Shown here: one piece after another, positions 53,050 to 64,000 of the stretch | Layout: each line of letters starts with the position of its first letter | Position numbering within the stretch: the first letter of the stretch is position 1 | Assembly (NCBI GenBank): GCA_977016875.1 | Contig: CDRNST010000046.1 | Coordinates: 3,968,001 to 4,032,000, forward strand | Length of the DNA stretch: 64,000 bases | DNA from: Pavona decussata | Lineage: Eukaryota | Direction of reading: 5' to 3' | Notes under the pieces: model-generated | Told to the model about the DNA's origin: nothing | The model's database searches: none | What the model saw: only the letters and a program-made list of their open reading frames with translations | Position numbers and translations under genes: made by a program

Positions 53050-53548
53050 TAGGGTCTGTCGGATTATGCCAGCATAATTTTGAGCATAATACTATATCTG
53101 GAGCATTAGGCATAATATTGGCATAATGCTAATGTATTTTGTAGCATAATGCTGTTGTTTCTGAAAACTGTGAATAGTGTATACAAATTTTGCCAGCAAC
53201 TCCAGCTAGAATGTACATAGTTGATAAAAGCGGGAGTATTTTAGGAACTGGATACCTTAGACTCGTACCCAGTGCGAAGGCCTGGTTACCTATTTATGCT
53301 AGGCTTCCAAGTTTGTACAGTGTTCGTGGATTTGCATCATGGCAGAATCAGATAATTGAGAAAGACTAGGAATGTTTAATGATAGGTACGGTCCTATGGG
53401 GGTGGGGGGTGGAAGTGTCATTTTAGTCCGGCATAATTTGAGCATTATACCTCCAGCCGAGTATAATTTTGAGCATAATACCCTGCTTTCACGGGTGACG
53501 CGCGAAAGCATAATACTCTATTTTACGAGCATAATCCGACAGACCCTA
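53050..53548. mobile_element. hAT-like MITE
   Basis: TIR TAGGGTCTGTCGGATTATGC, 8-bp TSD AAGAGGTT, subterminal GCATAAT repeats. Confidence 0.88.
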
Positions 53549-54292
53549 AAGAGGTTTGGGAGGGATCACGTTTAACGAATAGCAATAATTCTCAAAATAC
53601 CCCCTTTGCACGTTTATGGTTCAGGTTTCAACGTAAAGTTTCTAGACGTACTCAAGTGCTTTAAGGCTTGGTTATTTGTCCTTCAAAGACCCCCAGCAAA
53701 GATTTTAAGGAACCTCTATTCTCTGTCGAGAAAAGGATTAACACTATAGAGGAAATTCATTCCACAAACTGCCTGACTTTCTTGACCAAACAGAAGTCTT
53801 CCTAAGTGTCACGTGACATTCCTTGGTTGATGACGTCACATAACTTGTTTTTGAAAATGGGGAACATTTACATTCCAAAATTTTGAAAACGTTTGCCATT
53901 AAAATGTTTAGTATAACTGTGCCTACCCTAATTCCGCCTTTTAAGGTGATACTCGTTATTTATCTTTTAAGATATTTGGAAATTTTCATGTCATGTGACC
54001 CATTTTTCTTAATTGACCGTTACTCTTAAGATGTGGACATCATTAAAAGGCGAGATGATAAAGCCCTTAAAAGAGCTCATCGAGTAAGCAAAAAACAAGA
54101 TTGATATAATGTAGCATTTTGTTCCCCATTTTTGAGTAAAGATTTCATTCGTTATAAGTCGTTTTCAGGTCACGTGACTAGAATCTGATACAGCAAATTT
54201 TAAAAAAATTAATAAGGACACCAATAATAAACTGTTTGCCAAGTTTCACAGAGATCGGACAAATGCTTCCCCTCCGTCTCGTACATGTATAA

Positions 54293-54329
<37 letters not shown>

Positions 54330-54466
54330 CGACGACGACGTTTGGCTTCTTCTATGCAAACTGAAACGTTGTCTTCCCTTCGTTGTAGTAAATTAAGTAA
54401 ATTCGATGCAAAATTTTCATAAAAAGTTGTATAATACAGCAGTTTTTAATTGAGTGTCTTGAAGTA

Positions 54467-55278
54467 CAGTCGAACCTGTATATAACGGCCCTGTATTAAG
54501 CGGCCACCCTCTATTAAGCGGCCAGTTTTTAAAGTCCCTATTTTTCTTGCATACAAACGCTGTATTTGTTACCTGTATTAGGCGGCCACCTCTATTAAGC
54601 GGCCGCGGCCACCCTGTAGCAGTCTTCTTTGTTATTTTTACCTGTATTAAGCGGCCATCCTTGAATGGAAAAGCTATATACACAGTGCCATGGATAACAG
54701 GAATTGTCGCTGGGAGTGCCGACAGTCAACGATTTGCTCTACAAACAAAAGTTTCAAATTCTGAGGTGCCAAACGCACGTGTCCCACTTGTTTAAGTCGC
54801 TGTAATTCTTACCCTATTCCTATTTTAACTTGAAGAATTTTGTTATATATTGTGTTACTTTTAATTAGCAACATTGCCGTGATAACTCCACTTCGATCGT
54901 AACAACTATGAAATGACGGAATGAGATATTTTGTTGTGAACTGCAAGTCACGTAAGTAAGTGAGTTAGAAACACAGTACTGTACACCGTACAAGAGTAGA
55001 GGACAATTTATTGCACAGTGCTTTTACACAATGTTACGTATATTATACCATTAAGTTACAAGTTTGCACTGAACTTTGTTTAAAGTATTGATCTCTTGAA
55101 AGAGTGTTGATTGTCCTATTGTTTCCTTGCATGAAATGTTTTTGTATGATACACCATTAAAATTGACATTAGACAACGCCCAGTGAGTATTTTTAGTAAT
55201 CCTGTATTAAGCGGCCACCTGTATTAAGCGGCCAGTTCCTCAAGTCCCGAGGGTGGCCGTTATATACAGGTTCGACTG
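54467..55278. mobile_element. Tc1/mariner/pogo-like MITE
   Basis: TIR CAGTCGAACCTGTATATAACGGCC, TA TSD, empty site near 26098, internal TATTAAGCGGCCA repeats. Confidence 0.9.
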
Positions 55279-55635
55279 TAATTACATTGGCCAATCACTA
55301 CAGCAATACAATAAACCAATCGGAACTCGGTGTAAATATATGTAACTATAGTGGTGTTAAGCGCGGGAAAACGAGTACGGGCAAGTCACGGTTGGTTAAT
55401 TGTGGTTTTGCTTCTCATTGGTTGGGAACGTAGCGCGAGTTTTGTTAACCAATCACAGATCTCTGTAAAGCAAAACCATAACAAAAGCGAAATTACTTCC
55501 CAATTCAAACTGTTCTAATCTAATGGATATATCTTTAGATAATTTGAGAAAACAACGTTGTTGTGCAATTGCATACGAAAATGTGCATTTTTGCAATCAC
55601 ACAATGTTACTAAACTGAAAACGAGGATCCCCTAA

Positions 55636-55942
55636 GGCCCCGTTCAGACTAGGTGCCTGTTCCCGGTTCTCGGGCTCGGGCACTAGTCTGAACAAAGCTT
55701 TTTGTCCGTGCCCGAGCAAAACTCTGGGCACCGTGCCCTGGCACGGGCACTGGTCTGAACAGGATTTTGTCAGTCCTTACGTTTTTTCCTCAAGCCTCCC
55801 TGCGATACAGTGAACAAAATTTCGGGCGCTAAATTGACGAAGGAGAACATGATTGCTCCTTAGGCACCTACAAGTGTGAACAACGTACTTTTTGGTGCCC
55901 GGGCACAGAGCCCTGGCACGGGCATCTAGTCTGAACAGGGCC
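55636..55942. mobile_element. PIF/Harbinger-like MITE
   Basis: TIR GGCCCYGTTCAGACTAG, TAA TSD, empty site near 26566. Confidence 0.88.
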
Positions 55943-56477
55943 TAAGAAAAAAAATTAATCACTGCTGCGTGAACCAAGTCAACAAATATGCAATTATGCA
56001 ATTGCGTAATAAAGCAGTTGTACACATTACACATTAGGATGCATGTTTTGCGCATGCGTGAAAGGCCTCTAGGGCATGCGTTTCAGTGCAGTGTCTTGTA
56101 CTGGTATCAGATAATGAATTGTGTTATGATGTGATAAACATTCAAACATGACATTGAGCAGTTTTGTTTCAATGTAACAAAATTTTCAGATATCAATGAA
56201 TGTACAAGTGGCTCGCACAATCGTCACCCGTACGCCGTTTGCAATAACACCGTGGGGTCTTACAGCTGTGCTTGTTAGTCAAACTATCACGGAAGCGGAC
56301 ACTACTGCGTATATAAACGTGAGTTAAGTTTGCCAGTTAATCGCGGTAATCGGCTGCTGCCATGGTCAAGCAAATAGTGCGTCAGTTTCGCATGTCATTA
56401 ACCAATTAACAGAAACGCATATCACCAAGACAAGTTAAATATACAAGTACCTGCACTAGCACTTTACTAGATATTGT

Positions 56478-56793
56478 TATATACCTAGACTTTCACTCAA
56501 CAAAACAAGCACTGTGATTGGTTGATTCTTGGTCACGTGCCCCTAATCAAATGCAAATGTATCCCGACCGGGATACAATTTCGCAGTTGTTGCCCTCTCA
56601 GTTCTTTGTTTATTTTGCTGTGATTGTTGAAGGAAAAGTCTAAATATATAACAAAGCACTTAATGTGTATTCCCTCGAGAAACTAGTTAGTTTTGTTTTC
56701 CCTCTAGTCCTGATATATGTTTCCCTCGACGAAACATCAGGACTCTCGGGAAAACAAAACTAACTGTTTCCCTCGGGGCAATACATTAAGTGT
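56478..56793. mobile_element. Short palindromic non-autonomous insertion
   Basis: Absent near 27090, flanked by ATATTGT, internal inverted repeat TAGTTTTGTTTTCCC / GGGAAAACAAAACTA. Confidence 0.7.
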
Positions 56794-57316
56794 ATATTGT
56801 CTCTCCGCAGTAACAGGCTTTTGGTCCAAACAGTCTATCCCTTTCGGTGCTGGATCAAAGGAAGGTTCCTCTCCCACCCCCCCCCCCCCACCTCCCCATC
56901 TTATTTTTTACACCAAACCGAGGCCCGTAGAGTCGAGGCGCCGATATACTTTCGTTTCACAAAGAGAAGGAAGTCTAGTGTTTGAGAGCGGGCCACCCAC
57001 CTACCTGACGGTCGTGAGTCACCACTGCCTGTTTTCCTGCCCGCAACAAAACCTCCTCTTCAGGGTCAAATATGTATAGCTACAGGATAATACCGTTCTT
57101 ATTTTGAAATCAGAGGGCGTTGAACGACAATTTCGAATCCATCATCTTAAATTCCCGGCTAGAGACAAGACTGCTTCTTAAAATTTTTCTTTCGTTTAGG
57201 TGGCCTCTCTACATCCAGTATTCTCAGCCCCGAGAGCAGCTCGTATGTGGACCAGTTGATTTTATATTTAAACCCAGTACTTCGTAACTCAGTCCGCAGT
57301 AGGTTTGTGTTATGTT

Positions 57317-57547
57317 TATAACACAGACTTAAAACTTTTTTAATTTAATAGGGCATTTAATTAGTTACTATAGTTATTCTAATTAATTTGCATTATTGAT
57401 GAATTATTTTATTATTTATGGAATTTTAGAATTGTAATTTTGAACTTTTATTTTATTTTTAATTTAATATTTATTGTCAGGTGCAGTTGAATATTTTTAT
57501 AGAAACTGCGCGGTACAAATTTAAATTTATTATTATTATTATTTATA
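57317..57547 (+). mobile_element. AT-rich retroposed 3' fragment with a (TTA)n tail, inserted in the TLDc pseudo-exon
   Basis: ATGTT duplicated at 57312-57316 and 57548-57552. Confidence 0.7.
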
Positions 57548-58518
57548 ATGTTGGCGGGCTTTTGCGCATGGCTGGACATCCTCAACATTCCATAGCAAAT
57601 CGGCAGTTACATATTTGGCGGATATACAGATGTCTCTTGGAATAGATGTAAGTATCACTTTGCTCTTCATCCTATTAGTTTTCCACTTTAGTTTGATTAT
57701 TAAATTATTACTTATTTTGCCGTGTTTTTCCTCAGTAAGTTACTTGTGCAGCTAACGTGCACTAACTCAAGGCAATAATTCTTCAGTCATTTTTCCAATT
57801 GTGGACTAAACCACAATTACTTTTAGTCTACTCTACAGTCTCAATAGTGGTGCTCGACTACATTTTTTTAGGACTGGGGTTTGTAATTTCCCACCTGAAA
57901 ACTGTTCTTATAAATAAATGTCCTGTTTTTTTCTCAACTTCATAGTAATTAAATCATTTTGCTATCATACAATTATCCGCTTTTTACGATTTTTTTAGTT
58001 ATGTAAGTGTAAAACTTGTATATCTTTGTTCCAGATTCATATTGGACCTATTCCAATAAAAGCTTTATCTACTCACTGTACAACTACAACCGTTGGTACA
58101 ATCCTGTTAAGCTACGGATCAAGTCAGGAGAATATAAGTGCGCCACATACAGGAGTAGTGGTCGTGGGCCGGCTTTTGGTAGAGGACACGGAATCTACAT
58201 ACACAGAAACAGTCAGAAGTACAATAGCCACACCAGATGTGGCTACTCCTATGACCTCCCCTCAGGGTATTCACAAGGTAATTGTTTGTTTTTTACTGGA
58301 CGCAGCTATTTTATTCCCAGTGATATTGAAGTGTTTTATGAGGTAACATGAAAAGATCAAAAACGCGCTTTTTAGGTAGTTCAGGCAGCGTTCACATAAA
58401 CATGGCTACAATTCGAAGCAACTTTGACAAAGTCATGAGGGCGCCTTCCCTTTATCAGAACTAATTCATCAGTAACCTCTAGCAGTGCCCATCTCCTCAC
58501 CCCCACCCGGGCATTAGG

Positions 58519-58557
<39 letters not shown>

Positions 58558-58940
58558 CGGCGAATGCCGTATACGTACCCTGGGTACCAGAGGCTTTTTC
58601 TCGCGCGCCAAGTGAACTCCCAATCGCCTGGAGGCCCATTGTTGTCGGCCGAAAACCGACGCTTCTCGGGGCAAATAAGAACCTTCGGTCGGAACCGGAA
58701 ATTATCGCTCAAGAAAATCGTCTGGCACCCAAGGTACCCCATGCACGGCAAGCACAAATGAGCTTTTCAAATGCCCCACGGTACAGTTAAGAAGATAGGT
58801 TGAATTCTTAGTTTCTTGGGTTACATTGATTCTAATCAAAGCTAATTTGGGCCAAACTACCTCAAGGATAAGTCTTGCTACTCATTATTGCTCCAGTAAC
58901 CGTTCATTCTGAGGACCTACCATCTCATTTTTGCCCTCCT

Positions 58941-59115
58941 TAATCTTTAAACATAATTAATCACAAATTTATGGTCAGATTGTCGATAAACGTATCGATG
59001 AAAGACATGACAGTAATGTGAAGTGAATGTAATCTTTAAACATAATTAATCACAAATTTATGGTCAGATTGTCGATAAACGTATCGATGAAAGACATGAC
59101 AGTAATGTGAAGTGA
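58941..59115. repeat. Exact tandem duplication, period 89 bp
   Basis: TAATCTTTAAACATAATT...GTGAAGTGA occurs twice. Confidence 0.9.
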
Positions 59116-62100
59116 GAATCCCGTGACTGCATGTTCTATCAATGCCCCGGTATAGAAGAACGTCCGTCCCCTTTCACGGAAAATCTGGGGGGAAAATGTC
59201 CCACTCTTACCCCGGAGAGGGAGTTGGGCACTGCATAATTCACTGATGTATAACTAGCCATTCTGACAGATCAGTTCGCGAACGGAAACCTTTACACTCA
59301 GTGTGAAGGACTGAACCGTTTGAATTCTTCAATTTATGATGCTACTGTTTTCAGAAAGACAATCTGGAGGATTTTGTAGCGCCAGCCTTCAAAATGGCAC
59401 GCCTCGTCTGTCTCGTTTACAAACTCAACTGTCCGGTGCTTAGTTCAATCATTACTGGAAAGGCACGCAAAGTACCGCTTCTTTACTGTTTCTTTAGCGA
59501 CAAAACAGGAGGGCAGTAGCCTTGTTCATCAATTTTGACCGATCTGAAAATCTTAATTGCAACTTCTGAAGTAGAAAAAAAAAACGTTTTCCTAAACCAC
59601 CCGTAATTGCAGAGAACCCCGTTTCTTTAATTTTTACTAGCTGTATTCGATATTGCACTATAGTTTAATGTAAGGATTGTAAGCCGTGCAAGTCTCAGAC
59701 TTTCTTTGAGCCTAACATGCAAAATACCGTGAACGTTGCCTGCGTAGCGCGGTTTTATTGTGGGTGGGGGTGGTGGTGGAGACGGGGGGTGTAGAGAGTT
59801 TAGTTCAGCTTTTTAGCCGCTATTTTGTGGTATTATGTATAGAATAGCATGTCTAGTACTAGCTTCCTACTTTAGATTAGCCACCATTAGAAGAAAGTAG
59901 TTTTAGTACAGTGTAAGCGTAATCGGGAAGGCGCAGTCATTATCCACGAAAGTTTGATGCGGACTAGTTAAAAACACAGTAAACAATTATTACCTGAAAA
60001 TAAGCTTTTCTCCAAATTAGAGATTCGCTGGCAGAGGAGTCAGTTAAAAGTAGACTTTCCATCAGCAACAAATCGAAGAGAAAGATCTTAAAGAGACATT
60101 AATGGTCGATCAAAAACCTATTGGTAAAGTAGGGGTCCCAAGTTCCTTAAACTTAACCTCTGCTCCAGTAGTTCCGCGCATGACAATGACAAATTATTGA
60201 GGACGGTGCCTCTTTTGACTGCTGCATGGACCACGCTAAAATTTGTCGGCCAATTTCTTTTTCTGTTGGTGAAGCGTGGCAGTGAAAGTCGGCCTGATTC
60301 AAAAGACATTATTGTAAATGTTATTGTATACTACGAAGCTTATCGATTCAAAGTTTAGCCTTTGAAAACCAGGGCCCAGTTGTTCAAAGCCCGATTAAAC
60401 TAATCTGTGTTAACGGGAGGTTTGATTATAGCTTAACAGCTTAATCACTAACCAATAAGCATTTCTCCAAAACATTTTTGCCCTTCAGTTTAGACTTTGA
60501 CTTTTCTTTACCTTCAGTTAAAGATCAACTTTTTTAACGAGCGTACAAACCTCGGTTAACTTTTAATCGGGGATTTTCGAACAACTGAGCCCAGAGCTAA
60601 ACTTCGGTTCATGTAATGTTGTAACTTGTGAGTTAGTGCATGAAATCATCAAGTTTGACGGCTCAAAAGAAGGTCATTTTTTTCACTACTATTGTTTGTA
60701 AAGATCGTACAAATGGATAGCAGCTACAATAGCAGAATGGTTAACTTATATATTAATACACCATTTATATAGCGCTCTATACAAGGTCTACAAGGCTCCA
60801 AAGCCCTTAACAAGAAATATCAAACTATAAAGTTACTAACTAGAAATCAAAAAGAATAATACATAGAATGACTTGGTAGCTTAGCGCTCGATGTTCGTCG
60901 TATACATAGCAAACATTAGCATATAATAGACTGGGCACCATACCAATCCTTTGTGAGATGGGTAGGGCTCTTATATTCAAGAGTGACCAACATGTACTTT
61001 CTCTTTACAGTGTAAATAGGCTGTTAAGCATATAGGTAATAAGAATAAAGAACATAATCAGCCAAGGGATTTTGTGTAGCTATAGAAGGAGCTCCTGTAA
61101 GCAATCGACATATAATTTCTCCTCACAAAGCAAATTTATTGTTAGTGTGTAAGAGAAGAAGGAAGGTCATCAGCTAGAGGAGCTCATAGATTTATGCTGA
61201 AGATCAGTGTGTAATTGCTTCTTTCATTATCAAAATATCTTATAGCAGACAGGTGATGAGAATTTGGTGGTAGTAATACAAGCCTTTTGTAAAACGTCCT
61301 TCTAGACACACCATATGCATCATAGAGTGGTTTTCATTTGAGTGTCGAAAGCAATTTCGCGTTTGCTTTACTACGCTCTGTGATTGGTCGAAAAAGTCCG
61401 CGCCACTTTTTCGAACGCGTTTTCCCGCTCTTGGCACCGGTTACATGTTTTTGCTTCGAGTTCTAATTGGTTCATTGTTCTATCTACATCTGCTGTGATT
61501 GGCCGGAGTGATTACTTTGGTTTTGCTTTAGGGCGCTCAATTGAAAACTGTTCAGTGGTCTTAAGATCTTTATTACAATAGAACACATCTGTAAAGTAAT
61601 CAGTTAACCGGTAAGGAGAAACAGTTATACATCATTTATATATCGTATTTGCTTTGATGTCAACTATATGACAGTTAACTGTAATAAAACTGAGTTAAAC
61701 ACTCAATCTTCTTATCATTATTTGTGTGACACGCGGCCGCCAATAATACATGTATGTTTGTTATTGAATTAGCGCGAGGTGAATTGTGAGTTATGGTGAG
61801 TTGGTTAATGGTGAGTCATTAAATTACAGCGACGTGAAGTTCTTTTTGGTTTTTGAAAGCTCATGGGCTGATGAGCCAGAAGTGAAGTCAATAAGCTTGC
61901 GAAAACGTTAAAAAATAGAGTATTCTTTTCCCAATGCAGTCTGAACAAGCTAAATTTCAAATAAGTGCTTTTCATCATGGGCCTTTGACATAAGTATCTA
62001 TTGAGAAATCGCGCGCGCTACAAAGACGAAAGTTTAGTTCAAACATTTCTTTTTTGTAAAAGATAAATTTCAGTTAGTGACACAAGTATAATCCACAAAA

Positions 62101-62254
62101 CACAAGTTCTCCCAACCGGAGTCGAACCTGTGACCTTTGATTCCTATTCCGGATTAAACTAGATTCGTGCATGAAACAAACATCCTGCATACTGCCAAGA
62201 TTTGGGTGTCGATGTGTAGCTGAGTATGTGCAGTAAGAAATGTGATGTATTCTA

Positions 62255-62712
62255 ATGTATAAGGTTAAACATAATTTGTGTCCGTGGACTATTTGTGACA
62301 AGTTTCTGACTAACAGCCACACTTACAACTCAAGGCAGAAATATTTTTATCAACCTAGTTTTAACACAGCTATGCACGGAAAACACGCAATTCGATACCT
62401 TGGTGCAAGACTCTGGAGCAAGATACCAAGCAAAGACAGAACGGCTGCCAGTCTAAAGCAGTTTAAGACCCGCATACGCAGTCTTGATCTAAATAACATC
62501 CTAGATTGATGTAGTAGCTGCTACCTTTGCGATTCGTAATCACGGTTTTAATTACAAGATTTTAGAATTTTGATAATTATGAATAGAGTTTTAGTAGTTG
62601 GTATGTAAGTGAGATATCATTAATTCGTTTTGTATTTTAGAAAATTAGGTGTCCCCTATTAGCAGTGGGAATCCCCTCTGCTTGATTGTTGCTTGACACA
62701 TTAATAAAGTCA

Positions 62713-62800
<88 letters not shown>
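62255..62800 (+). mobile_element. 5'-truncated CR1/L2-type LINE 3' end with an (ATT)n tail
   Basis: MYKVKHNLCP...GKHAIRYLGARLWSKIP...SLKQFK is a typical RT C-terminus. Absent at the matching site near 31345. Confidence 0.75.
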
Positions 62801-63174
62801 GTGGCAGTAAAAACTTCTGGATGCCCAGATTACTTAAACAATGATTGGGCGGCCAGCCGTAGCCAATCAATGTAACGACTAAATTACAAATTACAAATTT
62901 ACAATTAACCTCAGAACTTCTAATCATAAAAATCCTAGTAATTCAATGCTAAAACTATTTATCATCCATAAAATCCTAAATCTAAATACTAAAAGTTCTG
63001 TTCATCGCGATGAAAACACTTAAAAAATAAATAAAAATAAAAGTATAATAAAACGCCTAATGTCCATTATTTAAAAAGCTTAAAGCGCCTGGCAATGTTG
63101 AGTGAGCTTGTGATAACTGACATGCCAGATATCGGTTATTATTATTATTATTATAATTATTATTATTATTATTA

Positions 63175-63214
<40 letters not shown>

Positions 63215-63499
63215 CATTATTATTATTATTATGGTGTGTTTTAAGCCTGGTGACTCAATGTGAAAGTTACTGACACAGACATATTGGAATAAAATTCAAC
63301 AACTGAATCCGAGTTCTTTCCAACAAGAGTCGAACATTTTTTTCAGGTTATTTTCCAGTCACTTTAACAAAAAACTGTGGGTAACAAAACATGCAGGAAA
63401 AGGGTTTGACTTCATACAAAACAGTCTCCTTAGCGAACATACCATCGTGAACGAAACAATTTAGAAAATTACCCTTCCGAGTGCTTTTACTAGGAAACA

Positions 63500-64000
63500 A
63501 GCGAACGACCATTTTTCCACCCTGTAGTAATTGCTCATGCAGCTCAAAGATTCCATCGATTGTATGGGTGGGACACTCCGCCCAGTTCGTGAGCCACTTA
63601 AAACACTCCTTTGTACATAAGACGCAAATAATTTGCCCTATCACTCCTGTCCCCTGATAGTCTCACATAATTGCTCTTTCGTAGACTTCTTTAATTCAGT
63701 AGCTTTTGAACTTGTCTGGAGGAAGCTCTTCTCCATCGGTGTCGCGGATGAGAGGCTGACTGAATCTCGATCCCAAGTTCTCCCGCCATTTTCTAAGCTT
63801 CTAAAATCAGAGACTGGTTTCCCTGAGAAGCTGCTCTCTCCTCAAAATCAAGCACCAACTTCATAGTAGGATCTGGATTCTGATACATTTTGACGACTGC
63901 TTTAATTTTAGCTAACTTGTATTCTTGCTCAACAGATTCCATTCCACGCCTTTCGTCCTTCCTTGAAAGGTACAGCAGGATAGCTGTCGAGCTACTGTGG
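63500..64000 (-). mobile_element. Degenerate non-LTR retrotransposon RT fragment (R4/Dong-like)
   Basis: Minus-strand LYLSRKDERRGMESVEQEYKLAKIKAVVKMYQNPDPTMKLVLDFEERA and CFKWLTNWAECPTHTIDGIFELHEQLL, with stops. Confidence 0.6.

Larger units (their letters stand above)
56190..58351 (+). pseudogene. Orphaned, disabled EGF7+TLDc exons (56190-56318, 57200-57647, 58035-58351)
   Basis: EGF7 copy has Cys to Arg and CAG to TAG (56276-56278). The first TLDc exon has a 231-bp insertion and a frameshifting deletion of about 37 bp. The terminal exon is still open. Confidence 0.88.

Noticed and set aside
61868-61895. CTGATGAG as a hammerhead ribozyme core
   Set aside because: No stem II followed by GAAA and no closing helices were found.
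62637-62927. Poly-Asn ORF, and the poly-Ile/Leu ORFs at 58381-58757
   Set aside because: They are translations of (ATT)n/(AAT)n microsatellite tails.

Overview
Eukaryotic, intron-rich, repeat-rich genomic DNA, most likely from a stony coral or other anthozoan (inferred from repeat content and gene types). The window holds two related copies of one locus, joined across an assembly gap (39263-39435). Both copies carry a + strand secreted-protein gene with the same N-terminus: signal peptide, PAN/apple domain, a 50-aa fibrinogen/COLFI-N-like module and calcium-binding EGF exons. Their C-termini differ. Gene A (4341-28305, 11 exons, 628 aa by manual splicing) has 7 cbEGF exons and ends in a TLDc domain, which is normally intracellular. 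Gene B (43993-47843, 6 exons, 451 aa) has 2 cbEGF exons and ends in a fibrinogen-related (FReD) domain. The EGF7+TLDc exons persist as a broken copy about 8 kb downstream of gene B. All introns are phase 1, so the modules are interchangeable in frame. The introns and flanks contain a young full-length Bel/Pao LTR retrotransposon with one nonsense codon, a Kolobok-like foldback element, an IS3EU-like element with a nested Penelope fragment, Crypton remnants, several MITEs with empty sites in the other copy, tRNA-derived repeats and LINE fragments. There is no prokaryotic content and no CRISPR array.
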